Below the pieces are notes generated by a model. It did not search any database. It was not told the DNA's origin and worked only from the letters and a program-made list of their open reading frames with translations. Shown in pieces: positions 21,966 to 33,870 of a DNA stretch of 39,459 bases; the stretch's first letter is position 1; each line of letters begins with the position of its first letter. The translations under genes and the position numbers were made by a program. The stretch lies in contig JBLWGC010000172.1 of assembly GCA_048772705.1 (NCBI GenBank), positions 1 through 39,459 of the forward strand, in the 5' to 3' direction. The DNA is from Leidyana gryllorum EB-2025a (taxonomy: Eukaryota > Protista > Apicomplexa).

Positions 21966-22104
21966 CAAGCCCCCGAGCTCAGCCTTCGGCCTAGAGCTGT
22001 ACCGTGTTGGAAATCAGTGGTACCCAGCTCGTGCAATCTTACCGGAACTCGAGTCTGGCACCTTGGACCACCCCGAAATCCGTGCCGTACTTCTGAGCTT
22101 GAGA

Positions 22105-25100
22105 GCGCCACTGTTGAGGGTCTGAGGTTGAGCCTTCGAATCTCGCAGCAGTTGGACGACCCGGGGTAGCTCAGTTGGTAGAGCATCTGACTGTAGTGCT
22201 GGCATCAGATAGTCGGCGGTTCGATTCCGTCCCACCGGAAGTAGAGTGGTGATTGGCAAAGTACTACTCAACCTGATGATTTTGGCAGACAGCGTTGATA
22301 GGCCAACTAGACTACTCCAGCGAGGGTTCCATCTATCTAGTTTGGATGGGCTGAGAATCGATCCCACAACCTTTCGTGCACTGAGCACCGTTTCATCATC
22401 TGGGCTAGCCTCCCTCTGTGCCTACCTCGTGGCATTGAGTGATACTTCACATAGTGAGACGAGTCTCTCGACTGTAGCCAGCGGGTTGAACCACCGGCCA
22501 GGCGGCTGTTTGGTCTAGTGGTATGATCCTTCCTTAGGGTGGAAGGAGTCCTGGGTTCGATTCCCAGAACAGCCCGTCTGATAGTTGTTGACGCAACACG
22601 GCACTCGACCCATCCCGGACAGCTAAGACAGGATCTGAGTTGTTGACTCAACAGGCTGCAACCCGGCCATTCGTCCAGACGCTACTGGGACTCGAACCCA
22701 GAATCCCCGGTTCCGTAGACCGATGCCATATCCATTAGGCCATAGCGCCACTAGCGGAGCCGTCTAATGGGAGTGTGTAGCGATCAAGACAGGACATGGG
22801 CAGCTCCGATGCCCACATCTCCCATTCGAGACATCGGGGACATACTATCCAAGCCAGGATTCGGGCCTGGGTATGCACGGCCACAACTTGCTGTTGTAAG
22901 CACCTAGACGACCCGACAATCTTCAAGTGAGGCTGGTGGGTACCAAAGCCACTTAAGATGTCGGGCTATCGGGTTTTTTGTCCTTGCATTCCTGCCGCCC
23001 TAGCTCAGTCGGTAGAGCGCAAGACTCTTAATCTTGCAGTCGCGGGTTCGAGCCCCGCGGGCGGTGTGGATCTATATCCCCGGAAGTAAGAATGGAACTG
23101 TTGCCTGCAAGCACACTCAGCTGGATTTCCACTGCCGGGACTTGAACCCCGATCGTGCGGGTGAGAGCCGCATATCTTAGCCACTTAGACTACAGTGGAC
23201 AACTCCCTTAGCTGCAGCTTTAGCCGAGAGCCGTACCCTCTTGACCTGAACCAACGGGGCTGTTCTGAGAATCGAACCCAGGACTTCTTCCACCCGTGGA
23301 ATCATACCACTAGACCAAACAGCCGAATGGGAAGGGGGATACAACCGGCTACGTACAGCCGTAAACTCGAAGTGATGGCTAATTCCGTCCTGAAATGAGT
23401 ACCGTTGCGCAGAATGGGACCCGCACCATGCAGACTTGCGCCTACCAGTATGTGGCAAGATGCCCTAGTGGGTAAGGCGCTATTTCTCAGACGCCACTCA
23501 CATGGTCGTGAGTATCTTTCTCGCGCCTTGAAAGGGCACTGACTACCCGCAGAAACCCCAGACTACTTGTCTAGACGCTCCATTGCGAGAATGCCCGAGA
23601 GGTTAAGGGGGTGGCCTTAAGATCCACTGGTTAATTCCACGTGGGTTCGAACCCCACTTCTCGCATAAGGAGGCATGTGTCGGGGGAGGGGAATGGAACG
23701 GTCGACTACCTGCCGCACCCGCCGCAGTCAGATGCTGTACCAAGTGAGCGAACGCCTGTCGTGTGACCCTTGGACATCGAGGTTTGCTCCCGAACCGCAC
23801 CTTTTGAGTGAGCACCAAACGAAGTCTAAAGCGGAACGAGCTCGACCCAGGTCTTCCGCGTGACGCGCGAAAATATTAAGGACTCCGGTCGACCTGCCCA
23901 ATGACTTGCATGACTCCACCCTGAGGCAAATAGAGTGTAACTTAGTTTAGAGTTTCCTTGTCGTCCTAGCTCAGTCGGTGGAGCGCGAGCCTCTTAATCT
24001 TGCAGTCGCAGAGTGAAGTCCCGTGGGCGGTGCGGACGAGTGGGCCGGGGAGTAAGAATGCAGTATGTTGCCTACAAGCACACCCAGCTGCATTTGCGCT
24101 GCCGAGACTCGAACCGGGATGGTGCGGGTTGGCGCCGCATATACTATCCAACGAGACTATAGTGGACAAGTCACCAAAGTTGCACTGACGAATGGGGGCA
24201 GAAAAGGCCTGAGAATTTTGCAACCCCCTCAGGTCGTTATCGAGACCGAGAGACCAGCCCGAAAAGCTTAAGCTTGTGAGCAAAGCCTTCTGCCGGAATC
24301 GAACCGGCGACCTTTCCCTTAAGCGAATGTTCTGCCCCTAAGCTAAGAAGGCAATGCAAGCCGGGAGTCACCCATCAGTTCCTATTGACACAAGCTATTA
24401 AAGCACTTTGATCGAGTACTCTAATGACTTCCACTGCCGGGACTTGAACCCGGATCGTGCGGGTGAAAGCCGCATATCCTAGCCACTTAGACTACAGTGG
24501 ACGAGTCACAACAGTTGCACTGACGAATGAGGCGCCAGGGAACTGTGAGTCGATCGTGGGAAGTTCACCTAGGTTTGGCGGGTGGGCGGCTATCTCAAGT
24601 GGAAGAGCGGTGACTTTGCACGCGAGAGGTCAGTTTAGACACCTATCAATGCCGCAGGACAGGCTGAACATAGGGGTATTTGGTCACTCCTCGCGGCATG
24701 TCGAATTCGACAGTTGGCAACTTCCCCGAGTGGTTAAGGGGGTAGACTTGAAATCTACTGGGTCTGGCCCGCGCTGGTTCGAATCCAGCAGTTGTCGTGT
24801 TATGTGATCGGGCATCAACTCCATTCGGTCGTGACTCTGTTTTCAAATACCGCAGGTGTAGCCGTTAGAAGTTTGGACGACCTGGGCATCCATCCCAGTA
24901 TCTCTCGCATGCTGAGCGAGTGCTATATCATTCCAGCTAGTCGCCCGCTGTGCAGACCCCATAGCATTTAGTGGTTCTTGACATATTATAACCAGTCTCC
25001 CCACTGTACCAGCCATTTGCACCACCGACCGATGGGCTGTTTGGTCTAGTGCTATGATCCCTCCTCAGGGTGGAAGGAGTCCTGGTTCCATTCCCAGAAC
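22105..25100 (-). repeat. Right arm of inverted repeat IR2
   Basis: Reverse complement of ~4640-7620. Confidence 0.93.
23585..23665 (+). tRNA. tRNA-Leu(TAA), anticodon-stem mismatch; copies 6075-6155(-), 33460-33540(-)
   Basis: GCGAGAA...loop CT TAA GA...TTCTCGC-A, long variable arm. Confidence 0.78.
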
Positions 25101-25501
25101 AGCCCTCTTGGTCGTCGGTTGACCCGACGGGACAAGTTGCCCTCAGAACCAACACAGCCACCTCGTTAGCGCACTTGGGTAGGGCAGTCAGGACATACTA
25201 GCATCTCAAGAATCGCATTTCGGCTACCTCTTCCATGTTGCAGACTGAGCAATGTAGCTCAGTGGAAGAGTGTTGGGCTCATAGCCCAAAGGTCCGTCGA
25301 TCGAAGCGGCGCACTGCTAAGTGTGCGCAGAAGGGAACAGTTATCGAACCGGCGACCTTTCGCTGACTAAGCGGATGCTCTGCCACAAGCTGAGAAGGCA
25401 ATGTTAACGGAAGTTACTGAAGCACATTGTTCCACCGGTCCAATGACTTCCACTGCTCCGCCCAACGGCAAATAGGGTGTAACTAAGTCTAGAGCTTCGT
25501 T

Positions 25502-25573
25502 GCGCCCTAGCTCAGTCCGTAGAGCGCAAGACTGTTAATCTTGCAGTCGCGGGTTCGAGCCCCGCGGGCGGTG
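25502..25573 (+). pseudogene. tRNA-Lys body with GTT anticodon
   Basis: CAAGA-CT GTT AA-TCTTG; 1-nt acceptor deletion; same D-loop lesion as 9715 copy. Confidence 0.72.
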
Positions 25574-25786
25574 CAAATCAATGTCTCTGGGAGTTAGAAT
25601 GGAACCGTTGCCTACAACCACACTCAGCTGGATTTCCACTGCCGCAACTTGAACCCAGATCGTGCGGGTGAGAGCCGCTTATCCTGGCCATCAGACTACA
25701 GTGGGCGACTTCCCGAGTTGAGGCTTCGGATGAGAGCCGTACCATCTTGAGATCAGGTGGAGCGTCGGGTCAACCGACAACCAATA

Positions 25787-25858
25787 GGGCTGTTCTGGGA
25801 ATCGAACCCAGGACTTCTTCCACCCGAAGGAAGAATCATACCACTAGACCAAACAGCC
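25787..25858 (-). tRNA. tRNA-Pro(CGG)
   Basis: CTTCC-TT CGG GT-GGAAG, all stems paired. Confidence 0.94.
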
Positions 25859-28341
25859 GCCTGGTCGGTGGTGCAAACCGCTGAGTACAGTCGGGAGACT
25901 GGTCATAATATTTGAGAACCAACACATGCGATGGGGTCTGCGCAACGGGCGACTAGCTCAAATGGTAGAGCGCTCGCTTAGCATGCGAGAGGTACTGGGA
26001 TCGAGGCCCAGGTCGTCCAAAGTACGCTACGGCTGTACGTGGCGGGAGCCAAACCCAACCTTACATCTTTGAAGGGTCGCAGACCACAAGTGCCATTGGG
26101 AGAGCAGCCCAGTCAGTGTCTAGGGTGCCTCTAAAACCGGTCCTGACAGGTTTCGAACCGGCGGGTTTGTGGTTAAGAGCCACACGCTCTGCCGACCTAG
26201 CTACAAGACCCAGTGACAATGTTTCAGAGGTCAGTATAGAGACCCCCCGCTTCCTACCGCAGGACTCTGCAACCCCTTTGTTGTAGATTCACCAGACCAC
26301 GTCTTGTCAAGAGGGTACGGCTCTCGGCTAAAGCTGCAGCTGAGGGAGTTGTCCACTGTAGTCTAAGTGGCTAGGATATGCGGCTCTCACCCGCACGATC
26401 CGGGTTCAAGTCCCGGCAGTGGAAATCCAGCTGAGTGTGCTTGTAGGCAACGGTTCCATTCCTACTCCCAGAGACATTGATTTGCACCGCCCGCGGGGCT
26501 CGAACCCGCGACTGCAAGATAAGTCTTGTGCTCTACCGACTGAGCTAGGGCGGCAAGGAAGCTCTAAACTTAGTTACACCCTCTTTGCCGTTGGGTGGAG
26601 CAGTGGAAGGATTGACTGTGGAACAATGTGCTTCAGTAACTGCCGTCAATAGTGACTGATGCGTGATTACCAGCTGATATTGCCTTCTAAGCTTAGGGGC
26701 AGAGCATTCGCTTAGTAAGCGAAAGGTCGCCGGTTCGATTCCGGCAGAAGGCTTGACTGCATCGACTGGGCACCAGCTCCAATCATCGTAGCTCAGCCTC
26801 GTAGCTCAGCCAGCAGAGAGTAAGTCTCTTAGCCCCAAAGTCGCAGGTTTGGGACCTGCCAGTACCTGAGGCACCCACAGGGGGCCAGACCAGCTGAGAC
26901 AAAATCTGAGTTGCAGCAGTTGTGAGAGGCTCGAACTGCTCTGAGACCGGGAATCGAACCCGCGCCTTCCGAGTGACAGGCGGAAATACTAACCACTATA
27001 CTATCTCAAATGCTCTGAATACGCCGGCCTCCAACCCCAAAAGTTCTTCCATTATGAGATTCCAAGCACAGAAAACGCGTGGAGCGGCGAGCCAACAACA
27101 TCCCGGCAAGATGGCCGATTTGTCTAAGGGGCTGTGCTCAGACCGCAGTCCGACAAGGCGAGGATCTGGGGTTGAGCCTTTCGAACCCCGGAGCAGTTGC
27201 ACGGCCGGGGGTAGCTCAGTTGGTAGAGCTTCTGACTGTAGTGCTGGCATCAGATAGTCGGCGGTTCGATTCCGTCCCACCGGAAGTAGAGTGGTGATTG
27301 GCAAAGTACTAGACAGCGTTGATAGGCCAACCAGACTACTCTGGCGAGGGTTCCATCTATGTAGTTCGGATGCCCTGAGAATCGATCCCCGAACCTTTCG
27401 TATACCAAGCACCGTTTCATCATCTGGGCTAGCCTCCCTCTGTGCCTACCTCATGGCATTGAGTGATACTCCACATAGTGAGACGAGTCTCTCGACTGTA
27501 CCCGGCGGGTTGAACCACCGGCTAGGCGGCTGTTTGGTCTAGTGGTATGATCCTTCCTTAGGGTGGAAGGAGTCCTGGGTTCGATTCCCAGAACAGCCTT
27601 CTTGGTTGTCGGTTGACCCGATGGGATAAGCAGGTTTTAGAAGTAACACAGCCACCTCGTTACCACTTCGGCACTCAAGGCAATTAACATCTCAAAAATC
27701 GCATTTCGGCTCCCTCTTCCATGTTGCAGACTGAGCAGTGTAGCTCAGTGGAAGAGTGTTGGGCTCATAACCCAAAGGTCCGTCGATCGAAACGACGCAC
27801 TGCTAAGTGTGCGCAGGAGGGAAACAGTTATAGAATTGACTGGGTCGTGAGCAAAGCCTTCTGGCGGAATCGAGCCGGCGCTTACGAAGCGAACGCTCTG
27901 CCCCTAAGCTTAGAAGGCAATGTAAGTCGGAGATAACGAAGCGATGGCTACTGACGGAGATTAGTGGAGCACTTTGCTCGAGTAGTTCAATGACTTCCAC
28001 TGCCGGGACTTGAACCCGGATCGTGCGGGTGAGAGCCGCATATCCTAGCCACTTAGACTACAGTGGACAACTCCCTCAGCTGCAGCTTTACCCGAGAGCC
28101 GTACCCTCTTGACAAGACGTGGTTGCAATCCTGCGGTACAAAAAGGAGGATGTCTATACTAACCTGTGAACCATTGTAGCTGGGTCTTGTAGCTCAGTCG
28201 GCAGAGCGTGTGGCTGTTAACCACAAAGTCGCAGGTTCGAAACCTGCCAGGACCGGTTTCAGAGGCACACTAAACACTGACTGCGCTGCTCTCCCAATGG
28301 CACTTGTGGTCTGCGACTCTTCAAAGATGTAAGTTTGTTTG

Positions 28342-29155
28342 TGTTATTTGCCGTGCTCCCACTCTCCAGAACGATGGCTTGTCGTCCGAACCCTTCGTCC
28401 CGGGTATTCTGAAGGACATAGTTGGAAGAAATATTTCATGCATTGCGGACGAGCCGCACACGGAAAAGACAACACGAGGACTACCTGAGTCTTCCGGGGA
28501 AAAGACTTCTTGTATCCTGTTGTTGTAGAACTCTGACCGTCGCTCCTGTGTCCGTGTCCTCTCGCCGTCCGCTGCGACTCTACGCTGGCGTCGTCCAGCC
28601 TAAGGCTGTCCAACTGAGTAGTAGCTGTAGCCGTAGCGTCGAGCCAGAACCCAATACCAGCTAGAGTCCGGACCGTAGTCGGGTCGTCGAGGCGCACGTC
28701 CTGAGGGCGAGGTAGAGTACGCCGGGAGGTGACTGTAGAGGCCAAGGGTCGTAGTCGGGACGGTAGCGTGTGGTGGCGGGCGTGTGTGTAGGTCGTAGTA
28801 GGGCACGGGCGTGGTAGTGGTAGCAGGGATTCCGTAGGTGATAGGTCGTCCCCCTTTTCAGAGGTACTCCCTATATAAGTGCCAAATATGTAGGGAAGTA
28901 TCCAGATGGATGTTCATCCCACTGGCGGAATCACATAGAGTCAGAATCCGGAACCCGATAGTGAGGCACCCGATAGTTATGGGACACACTCATAGGTTGA
29001 ACGGGGACTCAGAGTCGAGCCTGCTGATCCACTCGCCCTACGACAGCACTACCACACTAAGCTTAGCTCTTCAGCTGATCAGTTCATGTTCTTGATCAGT
29101 TCATGTCGCTTGTGCTACCTTGAATCCGGTCGTACGCCCGACTGCGGATATAACA
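28342..29155. mobile_element. Solo LTR (814 bp) of an LTR retrotransposon
   Basis: TGTTAT...ATAACA termini; 5-bp TSD GTTTG at 28337-28341 and 29156-29160; empty-site paralogues at ~20006 and ~26050. Confidence 0.9.
28869..28914 (+). promoter_or_regulatory. 46-bp TATA-containing LTR motif, identical (inverted) at 31109-31154
   Basis: CCCTATATAAGTGCCAAATATGTAGGGAAGTATCCAGATGGATGTT; promoter role is inferred. Confidence 0.55.
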
Positions 29156-29189
29156 GTTTGGATCCTGCCACGTGCAGCCGTATGTACTT

Positions 29190-29262
29190 TGGACGACCTG
29201 GGTATCGATCCCAGTACCTCTCGCATGCGAAGCGAGCGCTCTACCATTTGAGCTAGCCGCCC
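29190..29262 (-). tRNA. tRNA-Ala(CGC)
   Basis: CTCGC-TT CGC AT-GCGAG. Confidence 0.93.
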
Positions 29263-30213
29263 AGAGGCACAACATGGAAGAGCTATTGCATTGAGTAGCT
29301 GACCGGATGACAATACAACGGTTGACAAGAGTGAGATTCGAACCCACGCCCTTTCGGACTGCGGCCTTAACACAGCGCCTTAGACCACTCGGCCATCTTG
29401 CCGGAGTGCTCTTGGCTCGCCGCTTTACACGTTTTCTGTTCGTGAGTCAAAATATAAAGACTGCTGGGATTGGAGGCTGGCGTGTATTTCCGCTTATCAC
29501 GCGGAAGACCAGGGTCGATTCCCGGTCTCGGAGCACACTTGGTTGCGCTTAGGATTGTTTCCTTTGGTTCTCGCTGAGAGTTGCGAGCTACAGCCACCGA
29601 GGATCAAACTCGGGAACTTCTGCGTGTGAAGCAGACGTCGTGACCACTAGACCATGACTGCACGGAGCTTGCGGACTGGGAAAAAAGGCGTGTGTCTCTG
29701 GAAACACGTAACCTGATGACCTACTTGAAGGAGCGCTAGTCCGATGGCTCTACCAACTCCTTTTTGGGAAGGACTGAATGGGTTGCGTGGTGTAGTGGTT
29801 AGAACTGGAGACTCTGAATCTCCCGACCTGGGTTCGATTCCCGGCGCGACCTCAAAACTAGTCCTCACTACTTCGTAAAACCTCGCCACTTCTCTTGGTC
29901 TGCGGGTCCTTCGCTGCAGCCATGGTCTAGTGGTAACGACGTCTGCTTCACACGCAGAAGGTCCCGAGTTCGATCCTCGGTGGCTGTAGCTCGCAACGTT
30001 CAGCGGGAACCAAAGGGGGAATCTTAAGCGAAATCAACTGTGTGCTCCGAGACCGGGAATCGAACCCGGGTCTTCCGCGTGACAGGCGGAAATACTAACC
30101 ACTATACTATCTCGGACGCTCGCAAACTACGCCGGCCTTCAGCCTCAGACGTCTTACCAGTTTCGAGATTCTACGGACGGAAAATGTGTAGAGCGGCGAG
30201 CCACAAACACTCC

Positions 30214-30293
30214 GGCAAGATGGCCGAGTGGTCTAAGGCGCTGTGTTGAGGCCGCAGTCCGAAAGGGCATGGGTTCGAATCCCACTCTTGTCA
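30214..30293 (+). tRNA. tRNA-Leu with GAG anticodon; second such copy at 36728-36807(-)
   Basis: CTGTG-TT GAG GC-CGCAG, anticodon 30248-30250. Confidence 0.85.
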
Positions 30294-31030
30294 GCCGTTG
30301 TATCGGCACTCGGTCAGTTTCTGGATGCAATAGGTCTTCCGTGTAGTGCGGATGGGCGGCTAGCTCAGATGGTAGAGCGCTCGCTTTGCATGCGAGAGGT
30401 ACTGGGATCGATACCCAGGTCGTCCAAACTCAGTAGGGCGGCACCTGCTGGTCGTTAAATACAGAGTTGCGAGCTCTAAGAGAGAGTCGGGTATCGCGGC
30501 TCCCGGTACTGCTGGGCTTCGAAACTCGGACTTTGTGGTGAACAGCTACACGCTTTGCCGACTGAGCTACAGGACCCATTTGCAATGTTTCAGAGGTCAG
30601 TTTGGAGACCCTCCGCTTTCTACCGCAGGATTCTGCAACCCCTTTGTTGTAGGTTCACCAGACCACGTCTTGTCAAGAGGATACGGCTCTCGCTAAAGCT
30701 GCAGCTGAGGAGGTTGTCCACTGTAGTGTGAGTGGCTAGGATATGCGGCTCCCACCCGTACGATCCGGGTTCAAGTCCCGGCTGTGGAAATGCAGCTGAG
30801 TGAGCTTGTAGGTAACAGTTCCATTTTTACTCCAACGGAGATAGATCCACACCGCCCGCGGGGCTCGAACCCGCGACTGCAAAATTAAGAGTCTTGCGCT
30901 CTACCGACTGAGCTAGGGCGGCAGGAAAGCAAGGACACAAAACCCGACAGCCTGACATTTGAAGTGGCTCCGCTCTCAGAGCTGGTACCCACAGGTCGTT
31001 CGCGTGACAGGCGGGACTACTCTTTGATAC

Positions 31031-31631
31031 TGTTGTAGTTCGTATTTGCCGATAATCAACTTCCTATCGGGTTGCCAAATTCGACTCGGTGAAATTTCCA
31101 ATCGAATTAACATCCATCTGGATACTTCCCTACATATTTGGCACTTATATAGGGGCATGTATAAGATGGTGAAAAGGCATTATTAACGAACGTAAAGCAA
31201 CTACTACTGAAGCGTAAAGGCTAATGCACCCTAGTGGTCTGAACTCTCTGTGACAGTGTAACTGTGCAGACACTCGCATGAATGATCAGAGTGTGGTATC
31301 GGGGAGAACTACCATGTGTGTCCGGCGCGAGGCTCCGCAAGAGTGCGAGCGACTGGCACATGGGTGGAGTGAGAGAGACACCAGAGTGAGAGACACACGC
31401 GAGCAAAGTTGGCTAAGTCAGATTTGGACTAGGCAAGAGGCGGCCTAAGATAACTTTTGCACTTGGTAGAACAAGTCGTAGTTCTTGTTTTGCGCCGTCG
31501 TGTGCGACATATTCGTGGTAGACTTGTCGGCAAAAATACTAACTGGGTTCTAAGTCTGACTTGTGGTCGAAAGTATGCAGAGATGAGAACTGGGCCTCGT
31601 TCCCCTCGAGTAGCGACTTGGGGTTACAACA
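31031..31631. mobile_element. Solo LTR (601 bp), different family from 28342-29155
   Basis: TGTTGTA...TACAACA termini; 5-bp TSD GATAC at 31026-31030 and 31632-31636; interrupts a fossil tRNA-Asp. Confidence 0.9.
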
Positions 31632-31854
31632 GATACCATGTCGGAGGCGCCTGACCCCCAACCTTAGAGCCCAGCCTATCCATTCTCTAGCTTCAAACAG
31701 ACAGGGAACAATTGAAGTGGCGGGACAGAAACCGAGCTGGTAAGATGGCTGAGGGGTCTAAGGCGCTGTATGCAAGTCGCACTCCGAGAGGACGTGGGTC
31801 CAAATCCCACTCTTTTCAGGTTGCGCCTCACACGGGAAAAAGAAAGGGTCTGAT

Positions 31855-31926
31855 TGAGCCCAGAGTGATTCGAAAACCCAACCTTCTGATCTGGAGTCAG
31901 ACGCGTTGCGCCATCGGCCCAAGACC
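31855..31926 (-). pseudogene. tRNA-Trp(CCA), degenerate 5' half
   Basis: TCTGA-CT CCA GA-TCAGA with T arm remnant. Confidence 0.7.
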
Positions 31927-31974
31927 ATCCCCGCTCCAGACTCATTACTTTGTGGTGAGCGATGGACGTGTCAG

Positions 31975-32045
31975 GCATCTGTGGTCTAGTGGTAGAATGT
32001 CTCGTTGCTATCGAGACGACCCGGGTTCGATTCCCGGCAGATGCA
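31975..32045 (+). tRNA. tRNA-Gly body with GCT anticodon
   Basis: Identical to Gly(GCC) 3281-3351 except C>T at 32009. Confidence 0.8.
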
Positions 32046-32779
32046 GAGGAGATAATCCATGGTTGGTTTTGCCACATTCCAGGGTTTCACGGGTCAGTTG
32101 GTGTCTGACCCTTCAATCACATCGCACGACAACTGCTGGATTTGAACCAGCGCGGGCCAGGCCCAGTAGATTTCTAGTCTACCCCCTTGAACACTCGGGC
32201 AAGTTGCCACCTGTCGAACTCGGCATTTAGCGGCCAGTGGCTTCACATACGGTTCAGCAAGCTTGACTCGGACTGCTGGCGCTGCCCGAACCCGCGGTCT
32301 CTCCATTGAAAGTTTTGCGCTCTACCGACAGAGCTGGCGCGGTAGGGAAGTGAGGACTTTATAACACGTACCTTTCGTATTGGTCGCAGAATGTTGAGGG
32401 TTGCTCGAGTGCAGGGCGACTCTTTATCGAAGATCCACTCACTTGGTCACGCCCGGGCTCGAACCGGGGACGTTGAGCTTATTAGGCTCACGCTCTAGCC
32501 GACCGAGCTACGCGACCACTTCTGCCACGAGAGATGGCACCGAGCCGGATGCTGGATTCCCCCACTCCTCGCCGCATGGCGAAATCGACAGTAGCCAACT
32601 TGCCCGAGTGGGGAAGGGGGGTAGACCGGAATTTATGCGTAAGTTGGTGTCTGACCCCTCCAATCATATCGCACGACAACTGCTGGATCTGCACCAGCGC
32701 GGCCCAGGCCCAGTTGAATTCTGTGGTGGAAATGATGCTATGCCCAGCATCAAACCCTCATATGGATCGAGACAGGGAG

Positions 32780-33870
32780 TGCCTTTTTAGCTTAGGGGCA
32801 GAGCATTCGCTTAGTAAGCGATGGGTCGCCGGTTCGATTTCGGCAGAAGGCTTTGCTCACAAGCTTAAGCTTTTCGGGCTGGTCTCTCGGTCTCGATGAC
32901 GACCTGAGGGGGTTGCAAAATTCTCAGGCCTTTTCTGCCCCCATTCGTCCGTGCAACTTTGGTGACGTGTCCACTATGGTCTCGGTGGCTAGTATATGCG
33001 GCGCCAACCCGCACCATCCCGGTTCGAGTCTCGGCAGCGCAAATGCAACTGGGTGTGCTTGTAGGCAACATACTGCATTCTTACTCCCCGGCCCACTCGT
33101 CCGCACCGCCCACGGGACTTCACTCTGCGACTGCAAGATTAAGAGGCTCGCGCTCCACCGACTGAGCTAGGACGACAAGGAAACTCGTTACACTCTATTT
33201 GCCTCAGGGTGGAGTCATGCAAGTCATTGGGCAGGTCGACCGGAGTCCTTAGTATTTTCGCGCGTCACGCGGAAGACCTGGGTTCGACTGCCGGTCTTAC
33301 AGCACAGCTCGTTCCGCTTTAGACTTCGTTTGGTGCTCACTCAAAAGGTGCGGTTCGGGAGCAAACCTCGATGTCCAAGGGTTACACGACAGGCGTTCGC
33401 TCACTTGGTACAGCATCTGACTGCGGCGGGTAGTCGACCGTTCCATTCCCCTCCCCTTATGCGAGAAGTGGGGTTCGAACCCACGCGGAATTAACCAGTG
33501 GATCTTAAGGCCACCCCCTTAACCTCTCGGGCATTCTCGCAATGCAGCGTCGAAAAAAGTAGTCTGGGGTTTCTGCGGGTAGCCAGTGCCCTTTCAAGGC
33601 GGGAGAAAGATACTCACGACCATGTGAGTGGGGTCTGAAAATAGCGCCTTACCCACTAGGGCATCTTGCCACATACTGGTAGGCGCAAGTCTGCATGGGT
33701 GCGGGCCCCATTCTGCGCAACGGTACTCATTTCAGGACGAATTAGCCATCACTTCGAGTTTACGGCTGTACGTAGCCGGTTGTATCCCCCTTCCCATTCG
33801 GCTGTTTGGTCTAGTGGTATGATTCTTCCTTTGGGTGGAGAATTCCTGGGTTCGATTCCCAGAACAGCCC
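32780..33870 (+). repeat. Third, more diverged direct copy of 5390-6480 module
   Basis: Near-identical translated text at 5457..5774 and 32853..33170; same degenerate Glu/Lys/Leu(TAA) order with indels. Confidence 0.88.

Noticed and set aside
28838-29095. CxxC-like peptide LYKCQICREVSRWM, also in ORF 30976..31158
   Set aside because: It is just the translation of the shared 46-bp LTR DNA motif; the flanking residues are unrelated
28342-31631. The two LTRs as ends of a single retroelement or TIR transposon
   Set aside because: Each has its own distinct TSD and termini, and the DNA between them is ordinary tRNA array with no gag/pol or transposase
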